Assembly (NCBI GenBank): GCA_951406725.2
Contig: OX597822.1
Span: 27,776,001 to 27,840,000, forward strand
DNA: 64,000 nt
Direction of reading: 5' to 3'
From: Octopus vulgaris
Taxonomy: Eukaryota
Made by a program: the position numbers and the translations under genes. The first letter of the stretch is position 1, and every line of letters starts with the position of its first letter. Under the pieces are notes generated by a model, which was given only the letters and a program-made list of their open reading frames with translations, was not told the origin of the DNA and made no database searches. Shown piece after piece: positions 52,637 through 64,000 of the stretch.

Positions 52637-54187
52637 TTTTTTTTTTTATCTAGTTTCAGCTCACAAGCTGTGGCCATGCTGGAGCACCGCCATTTGGTGT
52701 TGCTACATGATTTTACTTCACGAATGCTTTTTAGCAATTGCCATTTGGTGCATGAGAGAGTTCGATGAAGCTGCCCTCATCTGCACCTCCTGTCGTGAAG
52801 TTGGTTCATCTGGGACACCTGACAAGTAGAGATCCAGTTTTGTTTTAAAGACATCTGCATCCACCCCATGCAGGTCTCTTAGGTTCTTCGGGAGGATATT
52901 GAAGAGCTGTGGGCCTCGGAAGCTCAGGCTATCACAGTATCTTATCCTACATCTTGATGGCAAATTTGGAGTCCTTAGCACTATGCAGTGGCGCCCAGTT
53001 CTGGCATTTGTGTAACTCTCGATGCCAAAGTTTGGGACAAGTCCTTCTATGATCTTATGGCATATCTTTCTCGCCTACGCTCTAAGGAATAGAGTCTCAA
53101 TCTCTTGAGTCTTTCCCAATAGCTTATATGCTGTACAGAGGCTATCTTCTTCGTGTAGCTTCGTTGGATCGCCTCAAGTTCTGTGATTAACTTGACACTG
53201 GATGGTGACCATAGCTGAGAGCAATAGTCAAAGTGGCTTAGGACCAATGTCCTCCAGAGGACCATCATGGTTTCCTGGTCTCTTGTTCTAAAGGTTCTAA
53301 GAATCCATCCGGTCAGCCGCCTACATTTCATTGCCAATTTAGCACATGCACATGAAAGGTTGCATCATCACTCATGTAAATACCCAGGTCTCGCACTGAT
53401 TGTGCCTCTGGGATTGCAATCCCTCCAGGTCCAGTGTATCTATTGGGTATTGCATTTAGTTTTGCATGCTGATAGCATAAAGCTTGAAACTTTTCAGCAT
53501 TGAACTGCATGCTATTCTTTTCAGCCCACTTGTATATTTTGTCCAGCTCACATTGCAGGTGCTTAGTGTCATCAGGGTTCTGTATTGCCTGTGAAACTTT
53601 TGTATCATCTGCATATCTTGTGATCGTGGCTCTCTGCGTGGCTGAGGGCATGTCTGAGAGGGCCATTATGAACAGTAGTGGTCCCAAAACAGTGCCTTGC
53701 GGAACACCGCTCACTATTTGCGTGTTAATGGAAGTGGCTCCATTGACTACTACCACCTGACTTCTTTCCTTCAGAAAGTCATGAAGCCATTCTCCCAATT
53801 TTCCAACTATGCCAAGATCACGCAGTTTGTAACATATCATTCCATGATCGACTTTATCAAAGACCTTTGCAAAGTCGAGATATATCACTTCCACATTTGA
53901 GTGGTTGAGCAGTCGTTTCAGCACCCAGTCATAGGAGCTGAGTTAAGCAGCTTCTTCCTGGTCGGAAACCATGTTGGGTTTCAGGCAGCAAGTCATTTTC
54001 TTCAAGAGAGGTGATTAGTTTCCTTCTGACTATTCGTTCCATGACCTTGCTGATGTGTGAGGTCAGAGAGATAGGTCTGTAGTTCTTGGCCTCCGCTCTG
54101 CTACCTCCTTTATGAATAGGACATATTTTACCTTCCTTCAGTTTTCTTGGAAGTTTGCCAGTTTCAAGGAAGCTCTGAATGAGGAAA
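52637..54187 (-). mobile_element. 5'-truncated CR1-clade LINE with reverse transcriptase (pseudogenised)
   Basis: NYRPISLTSHISKVMERIV, QHGFRPGRSC, YLDFAKVFDKVDH, SGVPQGTVLGPLLF, YADDTK, DYCSQLWSP and LYSLERRRER, with frameshifts and deletions and an A-rich 3' end. Confidence 0.95.
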
Positions 54188-54347
54188 TATATTATTGGTT
54201 TCCTTTCCCCTCTTCAAAATTCACTTCCTTGGTATGGGCCAGTCCGGTGCTATAGAAGAAGCCACTTGCCTTCGGTGCTATGCAGTGGAACTCAACACTA
54301 AATCTCTTGGTTGCAAAGCTCGGTTCATAGCGACATATGGTGTATAA

Positions 54348-54403
<56 letters not shown>

Positions 54404-54566
54404 TCACACACACACATATATATGTGTGTGCATGTGTGTGTGTGTATTGTATAAATACATACTTACATACATATATATACTTATATATATATGCCTCTAT
54501 CTATATAGGCATATATATATATATGCGTATTTATTTGTATATAAATATATATATATATATATGCAA

Positions 54567-54597
<31 letters not shown>

Positions 54598-55040
54598 CAC
54601 ACAAACACGCACATATATATATATATACACAGATATGTGTATAAGTATTTTTGTGCCAACATGTTTGGGTTTTTTTTTTGTAGCTGAGTAAAAAATGTGA
54701 GTAATGTTTGTCGGCTTTTCCAAATTAATACGGACAAATGAGTAAATAAAAACATTCACCTCAGTTATATCTCTCGAAATCTTCAAGCTGATTTTATCCA
54801 ACACATTGTGCATCTTCAGTGCAGAATGCTAGGCGAATGCATTAATTATTTGGCGGATATATTAATTATATGTAAGTTGAAGAGATTGTAAGTGGAAAAC
54901 GTTAGATGATAAAGTTGAGAATATCTTTCGTTTGAGATCACAAGCAGAGACATACTGTTAGAGAAACAGACAGACTGATGATGTGTGAAATTGAATGAGC
55001 AAGAGAGATTTAGATAGAGAGGGTGAGAGAGAAGCAGAGA

Positions 55041-55084
<44 letters not shown>

Positions 55085-56239
55085 AAGAGAAACTTTGCTA
55101 CAAAATATTTTGGAATAAAAATAAATGTGAATGTACTCAATTCCTTTACCTCAACTGTGGAATCTCGCTCTAGCCTTGAAATTCATATTTTACGCAAATC
55201 TCTTCGTTGTTGATGGTTTTCTTGATTTCGTTTTAGCCGTTATTTGTCTATGTACGAGTGAATGTGTGGTTGCATTGAAGTGTGTAAATGCGAATTAGAG
55301 TGTCTACGTACACAGGTATTCAAGCAAAATGTAATCGAAACAAAAGATTAAGCTAGATACAATTTTTTTTCCCAATATTTAAAATTTCAACTTAGAAGTA
55401 GCAAAAAACTTCGTTAAGTACAAATGACATAGTATTCAAATTCTTGTTTTAAATAAAATACCATCGAAATATCCAAATTCTACAAGATTGGAATTAAAAT
55501 ATATAAGCTCTGCACAGTAGAGAAAAGCAAGCGCTTGTATGCTTTATAAACTATTACAAACATAATCATAATGTTTTTATATTTATTATTATTAATCTCA
55601 ATAATTTTCTAAGATAGAGAAGAATATGAAACATTTCTAACAAAGTGACTCTTTCTGAGAAATTAGAAATAAAAAATTATTTTATACAGAATTTTTTAAA
55701 ATTTATCCAGACCTAGATTATGTTTTGTTATTTTTTTTAAGAGATTTAACTATTTATAAATATATCGATTAAAAAGAACTTATCGATATTACAGAAATGT
55801 TAAGGTGTTGCACAGTAACGTGAATAAAGTTACAGTAACGTGATGCTTGGTCCAAAACAACATATATACAATTAACAAGAGCTGCTTATCAACTTTAACT
55901 ACAGTCATTTATCTATTATCTTTTAAATGTCTGAGTCTTTACACTGTGGCCATGATGGAGCATCGCCTTGAAGTATTTTAGTCGAACAAATCCATACTAG
56001 TATTTGTTTTACAGCCCGATACGTATTCTATTGGGCTGTTTTGTCGAGCCACTACTTTACAGGGACATACGCAAACACAATGGCACACACACACTCACAT
56101 ACATACACATACACCACACACACACACACACACACACACGTGTGTGTGTGTGTATATATGTATACCTCTATCTGGATGTTTTGTTGTCCCTTTTTGTATC
56201 ACCTAAGTTGTCCGGATGTTTTGCGTTCTTGTCCCATTT

Positions 56240-56277
<38 letters not shown>

Positions 56278-56307
56278 TGTATCTATCTACCTATTTTTCT
56301 ATCTATC

Positions 56308-57760
56308 TGTTGTGGCGAGAGTCATTGACACCCCTGGGGGATTGGAAGAATGGACTAGCCGAACTCTTATTTATAAAGAGTAGAGGCCGGTAGTAGTCGG
56401 GGAGAGATGCATTTTGGTAGTCCGGCTAAGTACGTTGTGTGAACAGATTGATTAAACCTCCGTTGCGTAATTTATATGTCCAACGTGTGTCAAGGATATA
56501 AAAGTGGTGATGAGATATTCGAAGCTAGCGTCGAACGTTTAAATTTTTTCTTGGTACGAAACTAAAAAAAAACCTTTTCACATGAAAAATTTGTTGGCGT
56601 GCGTGGTACAGTTGCAACAGCAACGATACCAACAGTTACTAGAAGTAATGTTCATGAAGTCTGAAAATACTTCAGGTTCGTTCTCGTCATACAGCTTAGC
56701 AAATTCAATTACAGAATTTATTTATAACTTACTACTTTTTTTTTACATATTTTAGAAGATACGAAGAAATCTTCAAAGAAGAATGTAAAAATTCGAATGA
56801 CGAGAAGGATTTGCAACTACTTTTAAGAACGTTATCCCCTGCCGAACACGAAAAATACTGTAACTATATTCTTCCAAAGAAACCAGGTGAGATTTGTTTC
56901 AATGAAACAGTTAATTTGTTATAGGGAATTTTCAGTGAAAGAAGTTCCCCGTTCAATACTCGTCGGCAATGTTTAAATTTAGTTTTAAAAAAATATGAAT
57001 ATTTCGTCACCTATGCTGGGGTCGTTAACAGAGAGTGTGAAAAGTTCAAAATAAATGAATTAACCTCGGATTTGTTTAAATATATAATTTTTCTTCAAGG
57101 ATTAACTGCAAGAAAAGATGCTGATATATTAGCAAAAATAAAACAGGACCAAAAATTAACTCTTAAGGCAGTGGCCGAAAAATGCCAGAGGAATATACAA
57201 TTAAGACATGACACGGATAAAATTGAAGAAAAAGATTACTATCAGATGCATTCGTTTCTACCTGAAAAGGATAAGAAAACAGAACCACGAGCGTCACGAC
57301 CGAATCCATGCTATGGCTGTGGAGGTTTACATTTTAAAAGTAATTGTTCTTTTACAAATAGTAAATGTTTTGATTGTGGAAAACTCAGATATAGAAGCTC
57401 ATATTGTATAGCGAAACAAAAAAACGGGTCAAACGAAAGCGCGAAAAATTTTAGAGAGAATGTATTGTTAAAAAAAAGTTCTAAGCGAAGCTCAGAAAAG
57501 AAAATTTGTGTCCATAAAATTGAATAATGTGAATATCAAGGTACAGTTGGATACTGGCAGTGATATCACGATAATTAATTCAGATACATGGAGAAAGATA
57601 GGGAAACCTAGATTAAAGTTAACTTCGAAATATTGCGCGAGTTGTTTCAGGTAAAAAGAAATAGTATTTTATGGGCAAAATTATAAGTGACGTTACATTT
57701 CGTGGAAAACCTTGTAAGTCAAAATTTTTGTGTTGAAAAATACAACAAATTTATTTGGAT
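56308..57760 (+). mobile_element. Ty3/Gypsy (Mag-like) LTR retrotransposon remnant: 5' LTR, PBS, gag, protease
   Basis: TGTTG start at 56308 and PBS-like TGGTGATGAG at 56505. Gag reads YCNYILPKKP..FSERSSPFNTR with two CCHC-like knuckles (CYGCGGLHFKSNC, CFDCGKLRYRSSYC), and the protease reads QLDTGSDITII. Truncated at (AAT)n. Confidence 0.88.
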
Positions 57761-57761
57761 C

Positions 57762-57762
<1 letters not shown>

Positions 57763-57813
<51 letters not shown>

Positions 57814-57814
57814 G

Positions 57815-57870
<56 letters not shown>

Positions 57871-57908
57871 GTGATGGTGATGATGATGATAATGATGGAG
57901 GAGGAGGA
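57763..57908. repeat. Compound (AAT)n(GAT)n(GGA)n microsatellite
   Basis: Directly visible. Confidence 0.95.
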
Positions 57909-57924
57909 GGACATCAGTTTCTAA

Positions 57925-58122
57925 TTTTGACACAAAGTCAGCAATTTTGAGGGAAGTGGTAAGTCGATTACATCGACCTCAGAAATAAACTGGCATATTT
58001 CATTGACCTCGAAAGGCTGAAGGGCAAAGCCGACCACACCGGAATTTGAACTCAGGACGTAAAAATCCGGAAGAAATGCCGCTAAGTGTTGCGTTCGACT
58101 CACTAACGATTCTGTCAGCTCG
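57925..58122 (-). mobile_element. Decayed OK-type SINE
   Basis: Core and head are recognisable on the minus strand. Confidence 0.75.
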
Positions 58123-58220
58123 TGTATAGGCAATGAAAAGGATCGAGTCAGTGCCGAAGGTGGGATTCCTCTTGAATACAAAATTCTTTCGTTAAAAAAC
58201 TTTAAAAGCTATATATTGTA

Positions 58221-58420
58221 TATGAGACCGTGCGTGTATCGTTGGTGATTTTTTTCCCTCCATCTTCCCTTCCTCTTTCTATGTTTCCGACGAAGATCTC
58301 CGCTCGAAACGTTAAATCCACCTTGTTTGTTTCCTTTCCTGACCGTCCAATAACACTATACTTCTTCTACGTCCTCGCGTTGGTGTGTTTTCTTTTCGTG
58401 TTTTCATGTTTGGATTAACT
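58221..58420 (+). mobile_element. About 200 bp hammerhead-bearing repeat (PLE pseudo-LTR-like, family A)
   Basis: GTTT CCGACGA AGATCTCCGCTC GAAAC GTT AAAT at 58283-58317. It is near-identical to 60180-60375, related to 61970-62158 (-), and ends in (TA)n. Confidence 0.7.
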
Positions 58421-58555
58421 ATATATATATATATACTATATTATATTATATTAATACTTTTGATATATATTTAAAATAATATAAATTAATTAATTTTATG
58501 TATTGACTTATGTTTTTCATTGTTTGATTTGCCTAATAGTGGTTTTATCTCTAAT

Positions 58556-58608
<53 letters not shown>

Positions 58609-59334
58609 ATCAGTATTCGGCGTTAAACTAACACATATATACACATAATCAGTATTCGGCGTTAAACTAACAGCTTACTGAAACCAGATGGATGGATATT
58701 CTACTGCAAGAGTTTCCATGACAATAACAACAACGTTGACGGCGATGGCGACGGCGATGGCGACGGCGATGGCGACGGCGATAACGGAGAAGGGGAGGAT
58801 GGTGAAGTGGCGACGAGGAGAACGACGACAAGGAAAGGTACCTTCTGTGCAAAGATTGTAAATTATAGATAATACAAATAAGATATTACGGGAAATAGAA
58901 AGTGAATTACATCCGAGGTTGGAATTGGTGAAATTGCGGAAAGAAAGAAGAGATCAGAGTTTTAGTAGGAAGAATATTAATTGGAAAGAAAATATTGTGA
59001 CGTTGATGGAGAGAAAATGTAGTCTGGTTTAGAAAGAGTGAAAGGATAAATGAAGCAAAGAATGAAATGAACGGGGAAATGTGGTTGTTAAGAAAAGAGA
59101 AAGAAATTGTCAAAGAAAAAATACAATCACAAAATAACTATCAAAGTGTAAATGAAAGAATGAAAGATTGTATCTGCCGTAGAGCTCAGAAAGAGATGGA
59201 CTTTCATTGGTTCGATATCTATGCTGATGGAAAGTAGTAAACAACATTATAAATGCTGAGAAATATAAACACAATTTAGTTACTTTACAGCGTCTTTATA
59301 CAATAAGTATGCTAACAACAACAACAACAACAAC

Positions 59335-59450
<116 letters not shown>

Positions 59451-59574
59451 TAATAATAATAATAATAATCCTTTCTGCTAAAGGTACAAGGGGCCTGAAA
59501 TTGGGGAAGAGTGGGATAGCCGATCACATTGACTCCAGTACACGTATACATACATACATACATACATACATACA

Positions 59575-59654
<80 letters not shown>

Positions 59655-59689
59655 TCCATAGTGAGAAAAAATCAAGGCCGTGTAGGTTT

Positions 59690-59850
59690 TAGAACATTTC
59701 GTATCTTATCTAAAAAAAACTATTGCTTAACCATCTGCTCACAACGTCACCGATGAAGGGATATAATAAATATCCTAGAAATAGCTGTAAGACCTTCGAT
59801 TTATAAATGTTCTTAAATCTTCACAGCTTTGCTTTTTTATCTCATAACGG
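59690..59850 (+). mobile_element. Hammerhead-bearing repeat (PLE pseudo-LTR-like, family B)
   Basis: GTCA CCGATGA AGGGATAT AATAA ATATCCTA GAAA TAGCTG TA AGAC at 59746-59793. A paralog lies at 62995-63142. Confidence 0.65.
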
Positions 59851-59910
59851 AAACATTTTTTATATACACCCTCTGGAGGAAAAAAATCGCCAACGATATT
59901 GAATATATAT

Positions 59911-59964
<54 letters not shown>

Positions 59965-59966
<2 letters not shown>

Positions 59967-60146
59967 AGGTTATGAGAGGTAATGGTGTCAGTGAGACTCC
60001 AAGGTGTCAGGTAATCATGAGTATGCTGGACCTCTTGTTCGCATAATCACCGAACCTGGAACTTAACTCTGGTCTATCCATAGCACTTACTCATGATTAC
60101 CTGACACCTTGGAGTCTCACTGACACCATTACCTCTCATAACCTCC
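59965..60146. repeat. Fold-back with 59 bp perfect arms inside (TA)n
   Basis: 59965-60023 is the exact reverse complement of 60088-60146, with a 64 nt partly paired loop. Confidence 0.95.
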
Positions 60147-60179
60147 TATATATATATATGTATATATATATATATTCAA

Positions 60180-60370
60180 TATGAGACCGCGTGTGTATCG
60201 TTGGTGATTTGTTTCCTCCATCTTCCCTTCTTTTTCTGTTTCCGACGAAGATCTCCGCTCGAAACGTTAAATCCACCTTGTTTGTTTCCTTTCCTGACCG
60301 TCCAATAACACTATACTTCTTCTACGTCCTCGCGTTGGTATGTTTTCTTTTTGAGTTTTCATGTTTGGAT

Positions 60371-60375
<5 letters not shown>
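60180..60375 (+). mobile_element. Hammerhead-bearing repeat family A, copy 2
   Basis: Near-identical to 58221-58420; motif at 60238-60272. Confidence 0.7.
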
Positions 60376-60446
<71 letters not shown>

Positions 60447-60863
60447 GCTATGTAGGGTTTCTTTCAGTTTCTGTCTACCAAATCCACTGATGGGCCCGAG
60501 GCTTTAGCAGAAGACAGTTGCGCAAGATGCCATGCAATGGGACTGAACGCGGAAGCATGTGTTTGGGAAGCAAGCTTTTTACCACTTATAATTGCAACCG
60601 ATTTGGTGATAACTATATTTTTATGAATTTTCTGTTAACTTGCTTTCCTCGTTTCGACACATCATGTAATAATATAAGTGAATATAATTTATGTTGTTAG
60701 ACGATTTAGCGTCTATTTTTCAGCATATTGGCAAAGAAAACTCTTCTTTTACTCTTGTTTATAATTGTATTTATAATTTTCACCTTAAAAGGTATTTTTC
60801 ATATGCTGGTCACTGATAAAAATGTTTTAACATTTTATCCTTATAGTACTTATAGTAACAGTA

Positions 60864-60864
60864 A

Positions 60865-60922
<58 letters not shown>

Positions 60923-60935
60923 GGTGGTGGTGGTG

Positions 60936-61000
<65 letters not shown>
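60864..61000. repeat. (TAG)n(TGG)n(TAG)n compound microsatellite
   Basis: Directly visible. Confidence 0.95.
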
Positions 61001-61001
<1 letters not shown>

Positions 61002-61611
61002 ACAGTAGCATATATCTATACATATAAATATGACATGGGCGATTCTTTCTAGTCATGGGATTCAGGGTCAAATGGCTGGATGGAATTGCATGAAAAATTA
61101 GATGATGTGTAGAATGATTCTGTGGTGATGCTAGGTTTTTATATTTCTTCGTAGCTCCCATTGTCACCAAGATAATCTACTATAATAATACTCTTGTGTT
61201 TATGAATGAGAAAGGAAGGGGTAATAGATGAATAAGGAAGGAAGGATTGATGTCATACTTGGTAGTGGCATTATTAAAATTGTACGCTGAAGAGATAAAT
61301 GAAACAGCGTTTCAACTCTGTGTGAATATACGTTTGTGTATGTGAAAGGGAGGATACGTGAATGTGTGCGTGTGTCTGTGTGTGTGTGTGCGCGCGCGTG
61401 CAATGGAAGTGGGATGGTTCATCTTTGTTCGCTTAGTATTTGGGTTTATTTTTTGATTTGGCTGAATCTTGGTTGTTTTTGTTTTTTGTTGGTAGGTTAC
61501 TTTTAGCGTTTTGACAAAAAAAATGCAGTCTAAAAGTGTATTTTAACGTAAGCGTGCCCAAATAAGTCGAATGCTTGCATAGAGCAGGTTTTACAGCCAC
61601 ATCACCCAAAC

Positions 61612-61642
61612 CGACCGGGTGAAACCGGGCTTAGCTGCTAGT
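61612..61642 (+). mobile_element. Helitron-like 3' terminus
   Basis: Hairpin CCGG GTGAAA CCGG followed 9 nt later by CTAG|T. The 5' end is not identified. Confidence 0.5.
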
Positions 61643-61669
61643 ATATATATATATATATATATATGCTAG

Positions 61670-61707
<38 letters not shown>

Positions 61708-62286
61708 CTCTTTTACTCTTTTACTTGTTTCAGTCATTTGACAGCGGTCATGCTGGAGCACCGCATTTAGTCGAGCAAATAGGCCCCTGGACGTATTCTT
61801 TATAAGCCTAGTTCTTATACTTTCGGTCTCTTTTGCCGAACCGCCAAGTTACAGGGACCTAAAGACACCAGCAGCGCTTGTCAATCAATGTTTGGGGGAC
61901 AAACACACACACACAAACATACATACACACACCCACCCCCCCACACACACACACATATATATATATAAAGTTAATCCAAACATGAAAACACAACAACGCG
62001 AGGAGGTCGAACAAGTGTAGTGTTATTGGATGGTCAGGAAAGGAAAGAAAGAAGGATTTAACGTTTCGGGTGGAGCTCTCCGTCAGAAACATGGGAAGTG
62101 TAAAGATCTAAGGAAGGGAAGACGGAGAAAAAATCGCCAACGATATACACGCGGTCACCTCACAAGGATTTGGTCGGCCCGAGGCTATAGTAGAAGGCAC
62201 TTACCCAAGGTGCCACGCAGTGGGACTGAACTGGGAACCATGTGACTGGAAACCAAGCTACTTACCACACACCCACTCCTGCGGCT
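61708..62286 (-). mobile_element. SINE family B interrupted by a family-A hammerhead repeat (61970-62158)
   Basis: SINE tail at 61708-61900 and head at 62159-62286. The intervening minus-strand copy contains GTTT CTGACGG AGAGCTCCACCC GAAAC GTT AAAT. Confidence 0.8.
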
Positions 62287-62994
62287 ATATATATATATAT
62301 ATACAAAGAAAGCCTAATTACGTGATCATCCAATGTGGCTACGCAAATCGTATCCAAAACGGATGCTAATTTGAGCTATGTTTTCTCTATGAAAACAAGA
62401 GATTTTTTTAGCTCCTCTCAGAAAGAAAACATTTGCGGCAGCTTTATAAGGTTATTGGAATTATCTAAGGGGTATTGTGGAAATAATATGCTGTATGGTC
62501 ATTTAGGCGTTTGGATTTGTGGTAGAATGTGAATGTGTGAAAAAAACGGTGGTTGCATGTGCTTAGTGCCTCATTATGTTTATTTAGTAGTGCTGGAGAG
62601 TAGTGCTTTACTCTTTGCCCTATCATCTTTTGACACACTCATATATTTCCCTCTCTATCACCTTCACCTCCCCTTTCCTACTATCAATTTATCTTGACTG
62701 ACCACTAACTGGTACACTTTCGCTCTCTTCATCTCTTTATTATCTCTCTCCTTGCTTTTCCTTTTTTCTTTATTCCTCTCTTCCTGTTTTTGATTTTAGT
62801 TCACTTAAAATAAATCCTCGATTCAATAGCACTGTGTACAAACTCTAAACTTGGAATGACCAAGTTTAAATACTATTGGAATTTACAAGGTATTGGAATC
62901 TTATATATATATTATTCTGCCTAAATAATGGATCTACACATGCAATATCCCTCCATATCTCACATCTATTTTCATTCTTCCACTTCACTCTCTA

Positions 62995-63142
62995 TTTCAT
63001 ATCTTATCAAAATTAACTATTGCTTAACTATTTTCTCACACCGTCTCCAATGAAGGAATATAAAGAATATCTCGGAAAAAGCTGCACGACCTTCTATTTA
63101 TAAATGTTCTAAAATCTTTGCAGCCTTATTTTTTTATCTCAT
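62995..63142 (+). mobile_element. Hammerhead-bearing repeat family B, decayed copy
   Basis: Colinear with 59690-59850; the motif has degenerated to GTCT CCAATGA..GAAAAAGCTGCA CGAC. Confidence 0.6.
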
Positions 63143-63175
63143 TCTGAAGAAATATTATACATATATATTATATAT

Positions 63176-63246
<71 letters not shown>

Positions 63247-64000
63247 TACTAACATGGATACATTCATGCATACCTACATACATATATACCTGCATACTTC
63301 AGCTGATGTTTTTGCCAAAGAAAGCTGTAATTTTATTGGACGATTAAGATATCACACATATTGTTTCGTAATATTTTCATGAAGAAAAATAATTACAATT
63401 GAACATAAAATCTAGCTACTTAACTGTATGTCCATAGAGATTTAATTTAATTATTTATTAATTCTTGGAGTGTTTTTCATTATTAAACATCATAACCATG
63501 ATTACTGTGAATAGTGCTGTGTTAAAAGGGACGCTGTTCAACAGAGCAGCCTGACATGCTAGAAATAGCAGCGAAATCTCTTTCTTACCATACCACCTTA
63601 AAAGAGAACATATGCTATGTAATTTAAGATTCCTTGCACATACCTAGAGACGCGATAATGAAATGTGGAATTATTTGATCATTGGTGCGTCCGTCTTGGG
63701 TTGTAAAACTAGTCAGTTTGCTATATGTAGCAGCCAAATGCTGCACAATTCGAACCCTATTGTCCATAAGAACATGCCGGAATAGACATTGCTAGAATAC
63801 CTTTCATGATAGATCCCCTCGATCAGGGGCTGTGAACCTTGATATAAATAATAACACCAACACGTACAATAGTATAGTAAATACAACAACGGCAACACAC
63901 CAGCAATAACAACAGCAACAATAACAATTAGAGGAACGAGGAGTTAATGATGACACATTTATATTATCGATCGACCTACTAGATATACACTTTTACTCTT

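Noticed and set aside
58603-58672. About 30 bp tandem duplication CATAATCAGTATTCGGCGTTAAACTAACA beside (TA)n
   Set aside because: A simple local slippage duplication with no further structure.

Overview
This is AT-rich eukaryotic DNA dense in repeats and microsatellites. The tRNA-headed SINEs resemble the octopus OK/OR-type SINEs, so it is most likely an Octopus (coleoid cephalopod) intronic or intergenic region; that assignment is inference. I found no convincing host protein-coding exon, and almost all ORFs in the track are microsatellite or SINE read-through. Decayed mobile elements I can recognise: two mariner copies, a Tc-like end, two MITEs, Helentron/Helitron-type pieces, several CR1-clade LINE 3' fragments (one with a 1.5 kb RT region), RTE fragments, three restriction-like-endonuclease (R4/Dong-type) fragments all sitting in (CATA)n, a Gypsy LTR-gag-protease remnant, Penelope-like remnants, and two copies of an ORF1-only zinc-knuckle element. 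The most unusual signals are: (i) four unrelated near-perfect fold-back palindromes, each embedded in or abutting (TA)n; (ii) about eight hammerhead-ribozyme-like motifs, one nearly canonical and inside a palindrome; (iii) OK-type SINE multimers always joined at the same nucleotide; (iv) SINE 3' tails shared with LINE-type elements in the same window. Coordinates were counted by hand and the edges of decayed repeats are approximate.
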